Of a stretch of 64,000 nt of DNA, positions 26,481 through 38,724 are shown piece after piece. The translations under genes and the position numbers were made by a program. The notes under the pieces were generated by a model. That model ran no database searches. It was not told the origin of the DNA and saw only the letters and a program-made list of their open reading frames with translations. Position 1 is the stretch's first letter. The number at the start of each line of letters is the position of its first letter. Location: the NCBI GenBank assembly GCA_030390025.1, contig CM059432.1:140928001-140992000 (forward strand), written 5' to 3'. The DNA is from Squalus acanthias (lineage: Eukaryota).

Positions 26481-27021
26481 AGACAGACATGCAGACACAC
26501 CAAACTGCAACAGGTTTTCACTCATCCTGGCAGCCTGTTTGATGCTGATTCACAAGAGTGTGTTTTCACGATTCGTTACGAATTTAAATCGCTCCCGGGA
26601 CTTCTTGTGATTTTTTTATTTCCTGTCAGTACACCCTGACCTTCACATAAAAACACTCCCTGCATTTGAAATGACTTTTCTAAAGCATTTGAGGGAACGG
26701 TGAAAAGAAAGTAAATACAAAGAGAGAGATAAACGGTGGCAGCCAGTCAGAGCAGTATATTTTCTCAGGGTCTTTATCTGCCTTGGGAAAGTGAACTCGC
26801 GAAGCAATGGAAGATTATTCTTTGATAGATTTGAAGAAACAGTGTTTTTCTTTGTATCTTTTTTCCAGAAATGTTCTGCAAAAAATGTTACAGTGAGCTG
26901 AGCAAAGTACCACAGGGGCACAGTTTACACTAGGCATTTATTTCTTTACAGTGAAACATATAACACACTCACACAGCCTGTCTACAGTCACAGCGAGTTA
27001 TAATGAGTGTGGAATGATCTA

Positions 27022-27787
27022 GGGGGTAAAATTGGGTGCCTTTGCGCCTCCTGTTAGTGCCCCCGGGGGGCGATAACGGGTCGCAAATTGATTTGCGACC
27101 GGGTGCGGCGCTGACATCGCCTCCCGCCATATTCGGTGGGAGTTTTTGCGCCGGCGCTACAGGGTTGCGCCCCGATCTCCTTCGCCCGGAGATCATGACG
27201 TCATCGCCGTGCGCATCGCCCCGGTAGCGCCCCAGACCCGAAATTGATTTCCGCCCCCTGCAGCAGCGCCAGGGCGAAAACAACGACAGCCGCGGGAGGC
27301 GCGCATCGGGCGGGCGGCCGCTTCGGGGGGCGACGATTAAAGGCGAGGTGGCCGAGGTAAGTGGGAAAAAAAATTGACTTTTCTTGTTGCAGTTTTTTTC
27401 GCGGGTTCCTGCCCGCGATCGATCAGCCCGGCGCTCTGCTTGAGTGTCGGGCTGATCGCGCGGGATCACGGCTGCCTTGGTGGTCCCGGTAGGTACTTTT
27501 TCTATTGCAGAGCCTGCAGCGATGGCCCTTCCCTTTAAGGGAGGGAAGGAGCCTTTGAACGCAGCGGCGCTTCACGGCCCAGTGTGGAGCGCTGCCGAAG
27601 TCTCCGCCCCGCCTGCTGCCGATTGCGCTCCAAGAAGGAAGTGTAGCTTGATTTAGCGTTTCCACTTCCTTCCTGGAGCGCAAAACTGAATTTTTTAAAA
27701 AGTTTAGAAACATTAGCGCCTGCCGCTAATTTTCTCAACTTTTAAAAGTTAGCGCCCCAAACGGTGCGATTGTGAATTTCTCCCCCC
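27022..27787. mobile_element. GC-rich non-autonomous TIR DNA element (family G)
   Basis: ta-gggggtaaaatt ... aatttctcccccc-ta termini; related to 6245-7000 and 56632-57538. Confidence 0.65.
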
Positions 27788-28129
27788 TAATCTTTTATTA
27801 GTTTGGCCATTGTCCAGAAATATTGAAGGGAGACTTTTGAAACTATCTGGAACATTACAGTAATCCAAGGTCGCTCAGAAAGCTTTGTGTGAGTTTCGGT
27901 TTTATCAGAACACCAAAGCTTTAAGGTCATCCTAAAGAAATACATCTTTTAAAAGGCATTTTGTTCCCTGATCGTTCAGCTGGAGTCCTGAGTTATACAG
28001 ACCAGGCAGATTCCAGGTTCAATCTCCATTTCATCCTTTATTAACTGATCCCATCCAGATTGATGTCTGTGTGAACTGCAATTTACTTTGTGCTAATTGG
28101 AGTTTGTGCTCCTGGTCATTGTGTGCCCA

Positions 28130-29058
28130 GGTGTGTGTGTGTGGTGTTTGTGGTGTGGGTGTGTGCGGTGCGTGTATGTGTGCGCGGTGCGTGTGTGGGT
28201 GTGTGTGGTGTTTGCAGGGTGTGTGGTGTGTGTGGTGTGTGTGGGTGTGGTGGGTGTGGTGTGTGTGGGTGTGGTGTGTGTGGGTGTGGTGTGTGTGGGT
28301 GTGGTGTGTGTGGTGTGTGTGGGTGTGGTGGGTGTGGTGTGTGTGTGTGGTGTGTGTGGGTGTGGTGTGTGTGTGGTGTGTGTGTGTGTGGTGTGTGTGG
28401 GTGTGGTGTGTGTGTGTGTGGTGTGTGTGGGTGTGGTGTGTGTGTGTGGTGTGTGTGTGGTGTGGTGTGTGTGTGGTGTGTGTGGGTGTGGTGTGGTGTG
28501 TGTGGTGTGTGTGGGTGTGGTGGGTGTGGTGTGTGTGGGTGTGGTGTGTGTGGTGTGTGTGGGTGTGGGTGTGGTGTGTGTGGGTGTGTGTGTGGTGTGT
28601 GTGGGTGTGTGTGTGGTGTGTGTGGTGTGTGTGGGTGTGGGTGTGGTGTGTGTGGGTGTGGTGTGTGTTGTGGGTGTGGTGTGTGTGGGTGTGGTGTGTG
28701 TGGTGTGTGTGGGTGTGGTGTTTGCAGGGTGTGTGTGTGTGGGGTGGTGTGTGTGGTGTTTGCAGGGTGTGTGGGGTGGTGTGTGTGGTGTGTGTGGGTG
28801 TGGGTGGTGTGTGTGGGTGTGGTGTGTGTGGTGTTTGCAGGGTGTGTGGGTGTGGGTGGTGTGTGTGGGTGTGGTGTGTGTGGTGTTTGCAGGGTGTGTG
28901 GGTGTGGTGTGTGTGGTGTTTGCAGGGTGTGTGGGTGTGTGGTGTGTGTGGGTGTGGTGTGGTGTGTGTGGTGTTTGCAGGGTGTGTGTGTGTGGGTGTG
29001 AGCGGTGCGTGTATGTGGGTGTGTGTGTGTGTGTGGGTGTGTGCGGTGCATGTGTGTG
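28130..29058. repeat. ~930-bp compound GT/GGT microsatellite
   Basis: Almost purely G/T on the + strand with recurring gtttgcaggg interruptions. Confidence 0.95.
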
Positions 29059-30010
29059 CTACTAGTGCCCATGGAAATATGCATCTGCATGAATCAGCAC
29101 CTTCAGGATCTGAAGGGAAAAGAGATAAAAGTGGAAGAGAAGGAAGAAGTTTATTTTCTTCATGCGGAATACAAGTTTCCTATTGTCCCGTGGCTGTAAG
29201 TCACTCTGTCACATAAAGAGGTCTCGCAGCTATGATCCAGTGCTGGCTCCCACAGGCATGGCTTTGATAGTGGGTTTCTCGCCCCCTCTTTCCTGTCTCT
29301 GGCAGACAGCACACGACTCGACTTCAAAAGCTCAACCATAACTGAAAGCTGATACAGATACAGTTCACCAGTGAGAGAGGAGTTGGGAGATCAGCCGGTG
29401 ATGAATGGAACAAGAACTGGAGGGACATCAATCACATCCTATAATGAAAATATAATCGCAGGAACCCAGTACAAGACACATCTTCATGTTGAATAAACAC
29501 TGTTGCTATCTCCTTTTTCCTTTTTAATCATATATTGGAGGGAATGTTGTACGAATCTCTGTAACCTCCTCCAGCCCTACAACCCTCCGAGATCTCTGCG
29601 CTCCTCTAATTCTGGCCTCTTGAGCATCCCTGATTTCCATCGCCCCACCATTGGTGGCCGTGCCTTCAGCTGCTAAGGCCCTAAGCTCTGGAATTCCCTC
29701 CCTAAACCGCTCTGCCTCTCCACCTCCTCCTTTAAGAAGCTCCTTAAATTCTACCTCTTTGACCAAGCTTTTGGTCACCTGTCCTAATATCTCCTTACGG
29801 GCTCGGTGTCAAATTTTGTTTGATAAATGTTCCTGTTGAAGCGCCTTTGGGACGTTTTCGTACATTAAAGGCGCTATATAAATTCAAGTTGTTGTTGTTG
29901 TTGTTGAACGGTTTCCCGTGAGTATTTGCTGTAATGTTTTATCTCTGTGGTCTAGGATCTATTACTGCTGAGCCGGCACAGAGTAGCTGTGAAATGGCAA
30001 TGTGGGCCAA

Positions 30011-30930
30011 CATAAAAACATAAGAAATAAGAGCAGGAGTCGGCCATTTGGCCCCTCGAGCCTGCTCCACCATTCAATAAGATCATGGCTGATCTTCAAC
30101 CTCATCTCCACTTTCCTGCACTATCCCCATATCTCTTGATTCCCATAATATTCAAAAATCTATCAATCTCTGTCTTGAATATACTCAACGACTGAGCCTC
30201 AACAGCCCTCTGGGGTAGAGAATTCCAAAGATTCACCACCCTCTGAGTGAAGAAATTTCTCCTCATCTCAGTCCTAAATGGCCGACCCCTTATTCTGAGA
30301 CTGTGACCCCTGGTTCTAGACTCCCCAGCCAGGGGAAACATCCTCCCTGCATCTACCCTGTCAAGCCCTGTAAGAATTTTGTATGTTTCAATGAGATCAC
30401 CTCTCATTCTTCTAAACTCCAGAGAATATAGGCCTAGTCTACTCAATCTCTCCTCATAGGACAATCTCCCCATCCCAGGAGTCAGTCTGGTGAACCTTTG
30501 TTGCACTCCCTCTATGGCAAGTATATCCTTCCTTAGGTAAGGAGACCAAAACTGTACACAATACTCCAGGTGTGGTCTCACCAGGGCCCTATATAATTGC
30601 AGTAAGATGTCTTTACTCTTATACTCAAATCCTCTTGTAATAAAGGCCAACATACCATTTACTTTCCTAATTGCTTGCTGTACCTGCATGTTAACTTTCA
30701 GTGATTCGTGTACAAGGACACCCAGGTCCCTCTGAACACCAACATTTCCCAATCTCTCACCATTTAAAAAATACTCTGCTTTTCTATTTTTCCTACCTAG
30801 GTGGATAACTTCACATTTCTCCACATTATATTTCATTTGCCATGTTTTTGCCCACTCACTTAGCCTGTCTATATCCCCTTGAAGCCTCCTTGCATCCTCC
30901 TCATGACTTACATTCCCACCCAGCCTTGTA
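30011..30930 (-). mobile_element. CR1 LINE 3' portion with open RT C-terminal frame
   Basis: ORF 30102-30965 containing LYRALVRPHLEYCVQFWSP and RRMRGDLIETYKIL. Confidence 0.92.
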
Positions 30931-31025
30931 TCCACCTCGTCACTTTTACAGAGAATCCACGACACTTCTGATCATCATTTGCAGTGTTTAACTTTTTCTC
31001 GGATTATGGGATTGCCGTTGACTTT

Positions 31026-31196
31026 GGCCGGGAATTTCCTTGGGATTGTTTTCCCCCCTCTCCCCCCCACCCCGGACCCCCCGTGTCCAATGCCGTAACT
31101 TTGCCAGAACTTCGACCCCGTTTACCCGCGTAAGCACGGGGTTTACGACGCACCTCCGACAAAGTCACAGCGGCGGAGTTGGGGCAATTCCCGGCC
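31026..31196. mobile_element. Short Harbinger-like MITE
   Basis: Perfect 11-bp TIR ggccgggaatt / aattcccggcc. Confidence 0.6.
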
Positions 31197-31773
31197 ATTT
31201 GTCTGCACAATGCCAGTCGCTGCACTGCAAGAATCATTCCTTGTGCACTTTAGAGAGCTGATGCGACAAGGCACCATGTAAATGGTAAAAGAACACTAGT
31301 TAGTTATTTATAAATGTGCATTCTACATGAAATTGGAGAAATAGCTGATAGAAGTCATCAAAGTGTCCACACAGCAACATCACTCGGGATTACCCAGTAC
31401 CTCTGTGCTAACCGAACGCGCAGTCACTGCAGTGGAACCAGTTCCTCGCTCTCTCAGTCCCTGCCCCTCCTTTATTCCAAACCCAGGGTGATTAGAAATG
31501 AACACGCTGCATCTGACCCACACGACTTACAAGGTAGCAGCTGGGTTTGAGCCCCCCTGAAAAGCAGCCACCGTAGATTCCAAAGGGGAACGCCTGCTCT
31601 GACCAACCTCCTTGTGACTAACCTCCTTGTAGTTGTGACTTTTTGTTTTGGGAAAAAAAAAACATCTTTTGAAACTAAAAATTTGGTGTAAAGTTACAAA
31701 AAAAAGGATTGGAATCGGTATGTCGTCAAATCCCCTGTCTTCACAAAGTTGCTGTCTGTTTTCCCCCTTCTAG

Positions 31774-31999
31774 TGAAGTACATGCGGGAAGCTACGCCGT
31801 ACATTAAGAAGACCTCTCCAGTTTCTGAGATTGGATGGGAAACTCTCCCTCCAGAGTCCCCCAGGCTTGGCTCTGTGGCCACGGAATCTCCCTCAGCCCC
31901 TCCGTTCTCATTACACACCGACTCGAAAGACAGGAAGAATATTCCACTGAAGATGTGTTACGTCACGCGAAGTCTCAGCACCCCAGACCCGGAAAACAG
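31774..31999 (+). CDS. SNTB1: Beta-1-syntrophin coding exon (equivalent to exon 2): end of PDZ, linker, start of C-terminal half of split PH1
   Basis: Pyrimidine tract then tag acceptor (31771-31773); gtaat donor at 32000. 226 nt, phase 1 to 2. Encodes (V)KYMREATPYIKKTSPVSEIGWETLPPESPRLG...RKNIPLKMCYVTRSLSTPDPEN(R), matching recalled vertebrate SNTB1. Confidence 0.95.
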
Positions 32000-33569
32000 G
32001 TAATCCTGTGTCGATTTTTTTTTTAATAAACCTTTTATATTTATGAATAAACAAATTACAAACAGGCCAAGAGAAGGCACAAATATCTTTGAAGAGTCTA
32101 TTAATAAGCTTACTTCCATTGACGGGAATAGTAATGCAAGTGAGGATCTGCTTGAGGTAGTTAGAGCCGTGGGTTTTGTCTATCACTGTGGTAGAGTAAA
32201 AAAGGCTGGAGATGGAACTAGAAGTTCATAACCCCTCCGTTATTGAGGCGATGCTAAACCGAGGCCCTGTCTGCTCTCTCGGGTGGATGTTAAAGATCCC
32301 ACGGCGCTATTTCGAAGAAAAGCAGGGTAATTTTCCCCGGTGTCCTGGCCAACATTTATCCTTCAACCAACATCACGAAAAAAACGGATTATCTGGTCAT
32401 TTATCACATTGTTGTTTGTGGGAGCTTGCTGTGCGCAAACTGGCTGCTGCGTTTCCTACATTACAACAGTGACTACACTTCAAAAGTACTTCATTGGCTG
32501 TAAAGCGCTTTGGGACGTCCTGAGGTTGTGAAAAGCGCGATATTAATGCAAGTCTTTCTTTCTTCCTCCCCTATCGCTCTCTGCCCGTCTCCCCCTTATC
32601 CATCTCCGTCTCTCCCTCTTTCTTTCTCTCTCTTCCTCTTCACTCCCTTCCTCCTCTCTCTTTCCTCTTTTTCTCTCTGTCTCTCTCTCTCTCTCTCTTC
32701 CCTTCTTTCTTTTTGCTGTTACTGGGTTCCACCCACTCCCTGCTCTTCCGCTCACCTAGCCATGCTCTCTTTACCGTGCCCTTGTCCAGTACCAGGCCTC
32801 CCCGCTATGCGTCCTCCCACACCACTCTCATTCCCAGCCCATGAGTTGGGTCCACGCAGGGCCCGATTTTCTAAGAAAGAAGAAAGGGTCAAACACTGTA
32901 CCACAGTCGGATAAAAGATTGCAACAGTCACAACTTTAGGCACAGGTTTCCAACACCAGATTACGACAACCAACAGCAACATGAATAGATCACAAAGACA
33001 GGAGACATTATTGTGAGAGTCTTGACGAGGAATAAGTTGAAGAGAACAATAAGAGATTGGGAATGGTGGTCGGGATCAGGAGAGCAAGTCACAGAACTTA
33101 CATTGGAAAAGGTCTTGATGATAATGATCCGGTCGCTGAAAATTCAGTCCACAATAATAAGGGGAGTGGCATGGTGGGTGGCGAGAGAAGAGCTCAGAAG
33201 GCACTGAAGCGGACTCGAGGATCAACTGAGAGCATTGATCTTTAGGACAACCAATCTCTCTTCCTGATGCACGGATAAATTTAGCCCGCACTCGATGAAG
33301 GGAACGCCTCATTCTCTCTCTCAGCCATCTTTCATAGTCAGCCGCTCCTTGCCAAATGAGATGACATTACCAGCTATCTCCACAGACCGGGACAGCGGTG
33401 GTATGTTATTAGAGCGAAAGCAAAGTACTGCGGCTGCTGGAAATCAGAAATAAAAACACCAAACACCGGCCAAGCAGTGTACGTTACTGGAGTATCAGCT
33501 GTGGCTCAGTGGGTCGCACTCTCGCCTCTGTGTCAGAAAGGTTCAGCAACAACAACTTGTATTTATATA

Positions 33570-33924
33570 CAGGAAACTCTTTGGTATCCGGCACCGATGG
33601 GACCGGGATGGTGCCGGTTGATTAAAAATTCCGGATAACGGAGAGGTATATCTACCGAGGCTATTTTTAACAAACAAAAATAAAAAAATCAAGAAATGTG
33701 CAGTATAATTGGGTACTCCCCGACAGAATGCTGTGTTAAATGGATGGTGGAAGATGCTTGATTAAGTACAGTAATGCCAGTTGAGGGTAATCCATAACTC
33801 TTTAATTACTTAACAGTAAAACAAAACTTATAAACGACTGTATACTGTAGTTTTCGGAGTATGAATTCTGCCGGTTATTGGAGAGTTCCGGATATTTAGG
33901 TGCCGTTTAAACGAGAGTTTCCTG
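33570..33924. mobile_element. Tc1/mariner (pogo/Tigger-like) MITE inserted in an L2 tail
   Basis: TIRs caggaaactct / agagtttcctg; inserted at a TA of the L2 tail atttatatagcgcc (TA left, CA right). Confidence 0.7.
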
Positions 33925-34959
33925 CAGCGCCTTTAATGTAGTAAAACATCCCAAGGCGCTTCACAGGAGTATTACAAGACAAAGAAATTTGACACCGAGC
34001 CACATAAGGAGATATTAGGACAGGTGACCAAAAGCTTGGTCAAAGAGGTAGGTTTTAAGGAGCGTCTTAAAGGAGGAGAGGGAGGTAGAGAGGTGGAGAG
34101 GTTTAGGCAGGGAATTCCAGAGCTTAGGGCCATGGCCATCAATAGTTGAGCGATTATAATCAGGGATGCTCAAGAGGGCAGAATTAGAGGAGTGCAGATA
34201 TCTTGGGGGGTTGTGGGGCTGGAGGAGATTAGAGATAGGGAGGGGCGAGGCCATGGAGGGGTTTGAAAACAAGGATGTAAATTTTGAAATCGAGGCGTTG
34301 CTTAACCGGGAGCCAATGTAGGTCAGCGAGCTCAGGGGAGATGGGCGAACGGGACTTGGTGCGAGTCAGGACACGGGCAGCCGAGTTTTGGATGACCAAA
34401 ATCTAGGCTGACACTCCAGTGCAGTACTGAGGGAGTGCTGCACTGTTGGAGGTGCCGTCTTTCGGATGATTCGTTAAACCGAGGCCCTGTCAACGTAAAT
34501 AATCCCATGGCACTTATTACAAAGAAGAGTAGGAGAGTTCCGGAGGGTTGACATTCCTCATGGAGCCTAGAGGAGCAGAGCCTGGCAAAACTGGCCCCCT
34601 ACTCTTGTGCTCTTTTGGCAGTGCTGTAAGGCTTCATTACTGGGTCTCAGCTGCCGGGCCCAAGCCTTCCCATGGTGTCAGCTGTGGCACGGTTGCTAGC
34701 ACTCTCACCTCTGAATCAGAAGGTTCGTGGGTTCAAGTCCCACTCAAAAGACTTGAGCACAAAAATCTAGGGTGACACTCCAGTGCTGAGGGAGCCTCCG
34801 CTGCACAGTTGGAGGTGCCGTCTTTCGGATGAGACGTTAAACCGAGGCCCCGCCTGCCCTCTCGGGTGGATGTAAAAAGATCCCGTGGAACTATTTCAAC
34901 AGAACAGCAGGGGAGTTATCCCCGGTGCCTTGGCTGATATTTATCGACATGACCTCTTC

Positions 34960-35592
34960 CCAGGTCGACTAGGCCTGTATTCACTAGAGTTTAGAAGAAT
35001 GAGAGGGGATCTCATTGAAATGTATAAAATTCTGACAGGGCTAGACAGACTGGATGCAGGGAGGATGTTTCCCCTGGCCGGGGGGGTCTAGAACAGTCTC
35101 AGGATACGGGGTAGGACATTTAGGACTGAGATGAGGAGAAATTTCTTCACTCAGAGGGTGGTGAACCTGTGGAATTCTCTACCACAGAAGGCTGTGGAGG
35201 CCAAGTCACTGAATATATTTAAGAAGGAGATAGATAGATTTCTAGACACAAAAGGCATCAAGGGGTATGGGGAGAGAGCGGGAATATGGTATTGAGATAG
35301 AGGATCAGCCATGATCTTATTGTGAGAAGTCGCACAACACCAGGTTATAGTCCAACAGCTTTATTTGAAATCACAAGCTTTCGGAGCGCTGCTCCTTCGT
35401 CAGGTGAAGTCCTGACGAAGGAGCAGCGCTCCGAAAGCTTGTGATTTCAAATAAAGCTGTTGGACTATAACCTGGTGTTGTGCGACTTCTCACTTTTGTC
35501 CACCCCAGTCCAACACCGGCATCTCCGCATCATGATCATATTGATGGCGGAGAAGGGCCGAATGGCCAACTCCTCCTATTTTTCTGTGTTTC
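34960..35592 (+). mobile_element. CR1 3' fragment inside a DeuSINE, itself interrupted by a Penelope-like palindrome
   Basis: LGLYSLEFRRMRGDLIEMYKIL motif; SINE halves at ~34674-34944 and ~35592-35795. Confidence 0.85.
35323..35533. mobile_element. Palindromic Penelope-like mini-element (family A) with two hammerhead cores
   Basis: Perfect 83-bp inverted repeat (35322-35404 and 35411-35493) with a 6-nt spacer, same tail as the 8.4-kb copy; TSD catgatc(t/a)tattg (35310-35322, 35531-35543). Confidence 0.88.
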
Positions 35593-36152
35593 TATCCCTC
35601 AATCAACATTACTAAAACAAGATTATCTGGTCATTATCACATTGCTGTTTGTGGGAGCTTGCTGTGCGCAGATTGGCTGCCGCGTTTCCTACATTACAAC
35701 GGTGATGACACTTCAAAAGTACTTCATTGGCTATGAAGCACTTTGGGATATTCGGAGGTTCTGAAAGGTGCGATATTAATGTAAGTCTTTCTTTCATGAG
35801 CTGTGTAAGTAGCTCCCTCTAGTGCTAGGCAATGGGCAGTGCAACATTTCACGTTGACTCAATGGGCTAAGCTGATATTTCCTGTGGGTCTCAGATCTTG
35901 GAACTGTCGAGGGCTGAACTTCCTCTCTGCTTCCAAATCGTGGCCCAAAAGTGGACACAACGCAGAGGAAAATTGGGTGCTAATCCTTTGCTCCCGAACA
36001 GCACTGCACCTAAACTTCCTCTCTGGATTCAGCTGGTGCCTGCACCCTAAGAGGGCACGGCAATGCAAATTACATTTTCACACAGATTTATTCAGAGAGC
36101 CCCAGATACAGTTTAGGGGCAAACTATCCCCACTACCCTTAGCCGCTATCAG

Positions 36153-36490
36153 TAGGGTTGCCAACCCTCCAGGAATTGAAGATTAATCTCCAGGACACTG
36201 CTGGGAACAACCCAGGAGAAAAAAATCATAAAAACTAAACAAAATTGTGTTTTTTATTCCATCGTCTTTGAACACTTTCATTTATTAATTACATAAATAT
36301 TGGAGAGGGGGGGGAAAAAAGACCGACAGTCAAGATTAATCTAATTGGGTAACAAAGAGTCTGTTCCCTTTCCAATTGGCCGTGGGAAGGAGTACGGACC
36401 AATGGCGGGAGTGTGGGGGCGGGGCGGTGCCAGGTGTGAGGTCATGTGATGAAACCTGCAGGAATGCACCCAATCAGAATTGGCAACCCA
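36153..36490. mobile_element. hAT-like MITE
   Basis: TIRs tagggttgccaa / ttggcaaccc. Confidence 0.6.
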
Positions 36491-38286
36491 AGCTGTCCGT
36501 TTTACAGGATAGGCTGGTATTGTCAAGCTATGGTCTTTAATATATTTCACTTTTTGAATAGGAAGTACAGTAGTACTTATCCTGGCTTTGTATAACTTGC
36601 GATTCACAACTTACAGTATAGCTTGAGTATATGTATACATATATGCCCTGCTCACTTTAAATGGTTTGTTTGCCTCAGTCATACTCGGGAAGCTGTGGTC
36701 TGCGAGTGAACAATGTGTGTATGGTACAATGGTTTGATATTTCAGGATGACACATGATATCTGTGTATTCTAGGCTGCGTGTCTCTAGAAATACCACTAA
36801 TACCACACACAAGACTCTTGGAACCGAACAGTAGTTCCGTATTTGTACCCTCCTATGAATCATGCCACAATATTGTTCCATAATTATGGATGTCAGTCTT
36901 CAGTCGCTGCTGTTTCAGGTTGACTTTGAACTGTCATTGATTTCATTGTAGACGAGCTTTGTTAGTGGCCCTGTAATATGGGTGCATTTTTTTTTGTGGC
37001 TATTTATTGTGTGGTAGTAGTTATTTAATATGAGGTACCGTCTATTCTATACTGCCTTGATAGATGTTAGCCGTGACTCAGTGGGTAGCACTCCTGCCTC
37101 TGAGTTACAAAGTGGGTGTGGGTTCAAATTCCACCCTAGGAGACTCGAGCACAAAATTTAGGCAGACTCTCCCACTGCAATACTGAGAGAGAACTTGCAT
37201 TTCTATAGCGCCTTTCATGGCCTCAGGATGTCCCAAAGTGCTTTACAGCCAATATTGACGTGTAGTCACTGTTGTAATGTAGAAAACACAGCAGCCAATT
37301 TGCACACAGCAAGCTCCCACAAACCGCAATGCGATAATGACCAGATCATCTGTTTTTAAGTGTTGGTTGAGGGATAAATATTGGCCAGGATACCAGGGAG
37401 AACCCCCCCACTCTTCCACAAAATAGTGCCATGGGAGCTTTTGCATCCACCTGAGAGGGCAGACGGGGCCTTGGATGAATGTCTCATTCGAAGGAGCGCA
37501 CCTCCGACTCACAAATAGAAGTTGACCCCAGAACCTGCAACCTGTGCAACCCAAGGGGGAAACCCCCCAACCCTGGTCGTGCCCTTCACCCTCCCTCCCT
37601 TACACACATCACGCAGCACCACAGGGGCTTTCCCGTCAACACTCGTGCAAGGGCGACCTCGATTGCTTGTGTGTTTGTGCAACACATATGCAGGGACCCC
37701 CAAACTTAACTTTTGCATGGGCCCCCGCAATCACCACCCAAAGCCGCGACCTCTACCACCTAGAAGGACAAGGGCAGCAGGCACATGGGAACACCATCAC
37801 CTCCTTGTTCTCCTCCAAGTCACACACCATCCTGACTTGGAAATATATCGCCATTACTTCATCGTCGCTGGGTCAAAACCCTGGAACTCCCTCCCTAACA
37901 GCACTGTGGGAGAACCTTCACCACATGGACTGCAGTGGTTCAAGAAGAAGGCTCACCACCACCTTCTCGAGGGGCAACTAGGGATGGGCAATAAATGCTG
38001 GCCTTGCCAGCGACGCCCACATCCCGAGAATTAATTTTTTTAAATGGCAAAAGCCGCCCTTGATTAGGGCAAATTTTCCCCTTGTGATTGAACATAAAGG
38101 ATCACAAGGCCGTAGAACGTAGGTGGAAGTTGAGGGGTCACCATTACAGACATGCCCGATGTCCCTCTGTGCTACACCAGGATCCGTTACACCTGAGAGC
38201 CCAATATTGTTCACAAATGACGAAGCAAAATCATAAATCATAAATGATAACCGAGCTTCATTGTTTTTAATTGTTGTTTCCTTTAG

Positions 38287-38494
38287 GCAGTTTGAGCTGC
38301 ATTCCCCTGACTGCAAGTACACAGTTGTCCTGAGGTGTAAAGATCCCACCACGGCCCAAGCCTGGTTCAGTACCATTCAGGCCAATGCCAATAACCTGAC
38401 GGCCAAGGTTATAGCAGAGGTCAAAGATCAACTGGGAAGAACGGGGATAGCTGGGTGTCGAGAGGTTCGACACATAGGCTGGCTCGCAGGAAAG
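38287..38494 (+). CDS. SNTB1: Beta-1-syntrophin coding exon (exon 3): PH1-C and start of PH2
   Basis: ctttag acceptor and gtaagg donor; 208 nt, phase 2 to 0. Encodes QFELHSPDCKYTVVLRCKDPTTAQAWFSTIQ...VIAEVKDQLGRTGIAGCREVRHIGWLAGK, in frame with the previous exon. Confidence 0.95.
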
Positions 38495-38724
38495 GTAAGG
38501 CTGCAGAAAATTGTTCTTTGTCCATTTGTGCTTTGCTGTGGGTTTTGGGGAAGTGCGAGTCCGGTTCCAACAATCACATGTGAAAATGTTAAAGAGGTTA
38601 CTCGGGGTTACCAGGAAATGATGGCTCAGTATGTGCAGCAATCAGCCGCTTCCTGACTGCGATCCCTTCGACACAGTAACTGCGAGATTATTTTAGCAGC
38701 TGTACGAAGAGTTTACCAGTTTAT

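Noticed and set aside
28071..29216. 300-380-aa Cys/Val/Gly or His/Thr/Pro ORFs
   Set aside because: Translations of a GT microsatellite that lacks stop codons; not genes.
1..31773. SNTB1 first exon (PH-N/PDZ)
   Set aside because: No PDZ-like coding sequence found; the GC-rich patches are TIR elements, so the first exon is presumably upstream.
32990..33390. Possible ancient L2 endonuclease remnant or unknown exon
   Set aside because: Similarity too weak to support by eye; needs a profile search.
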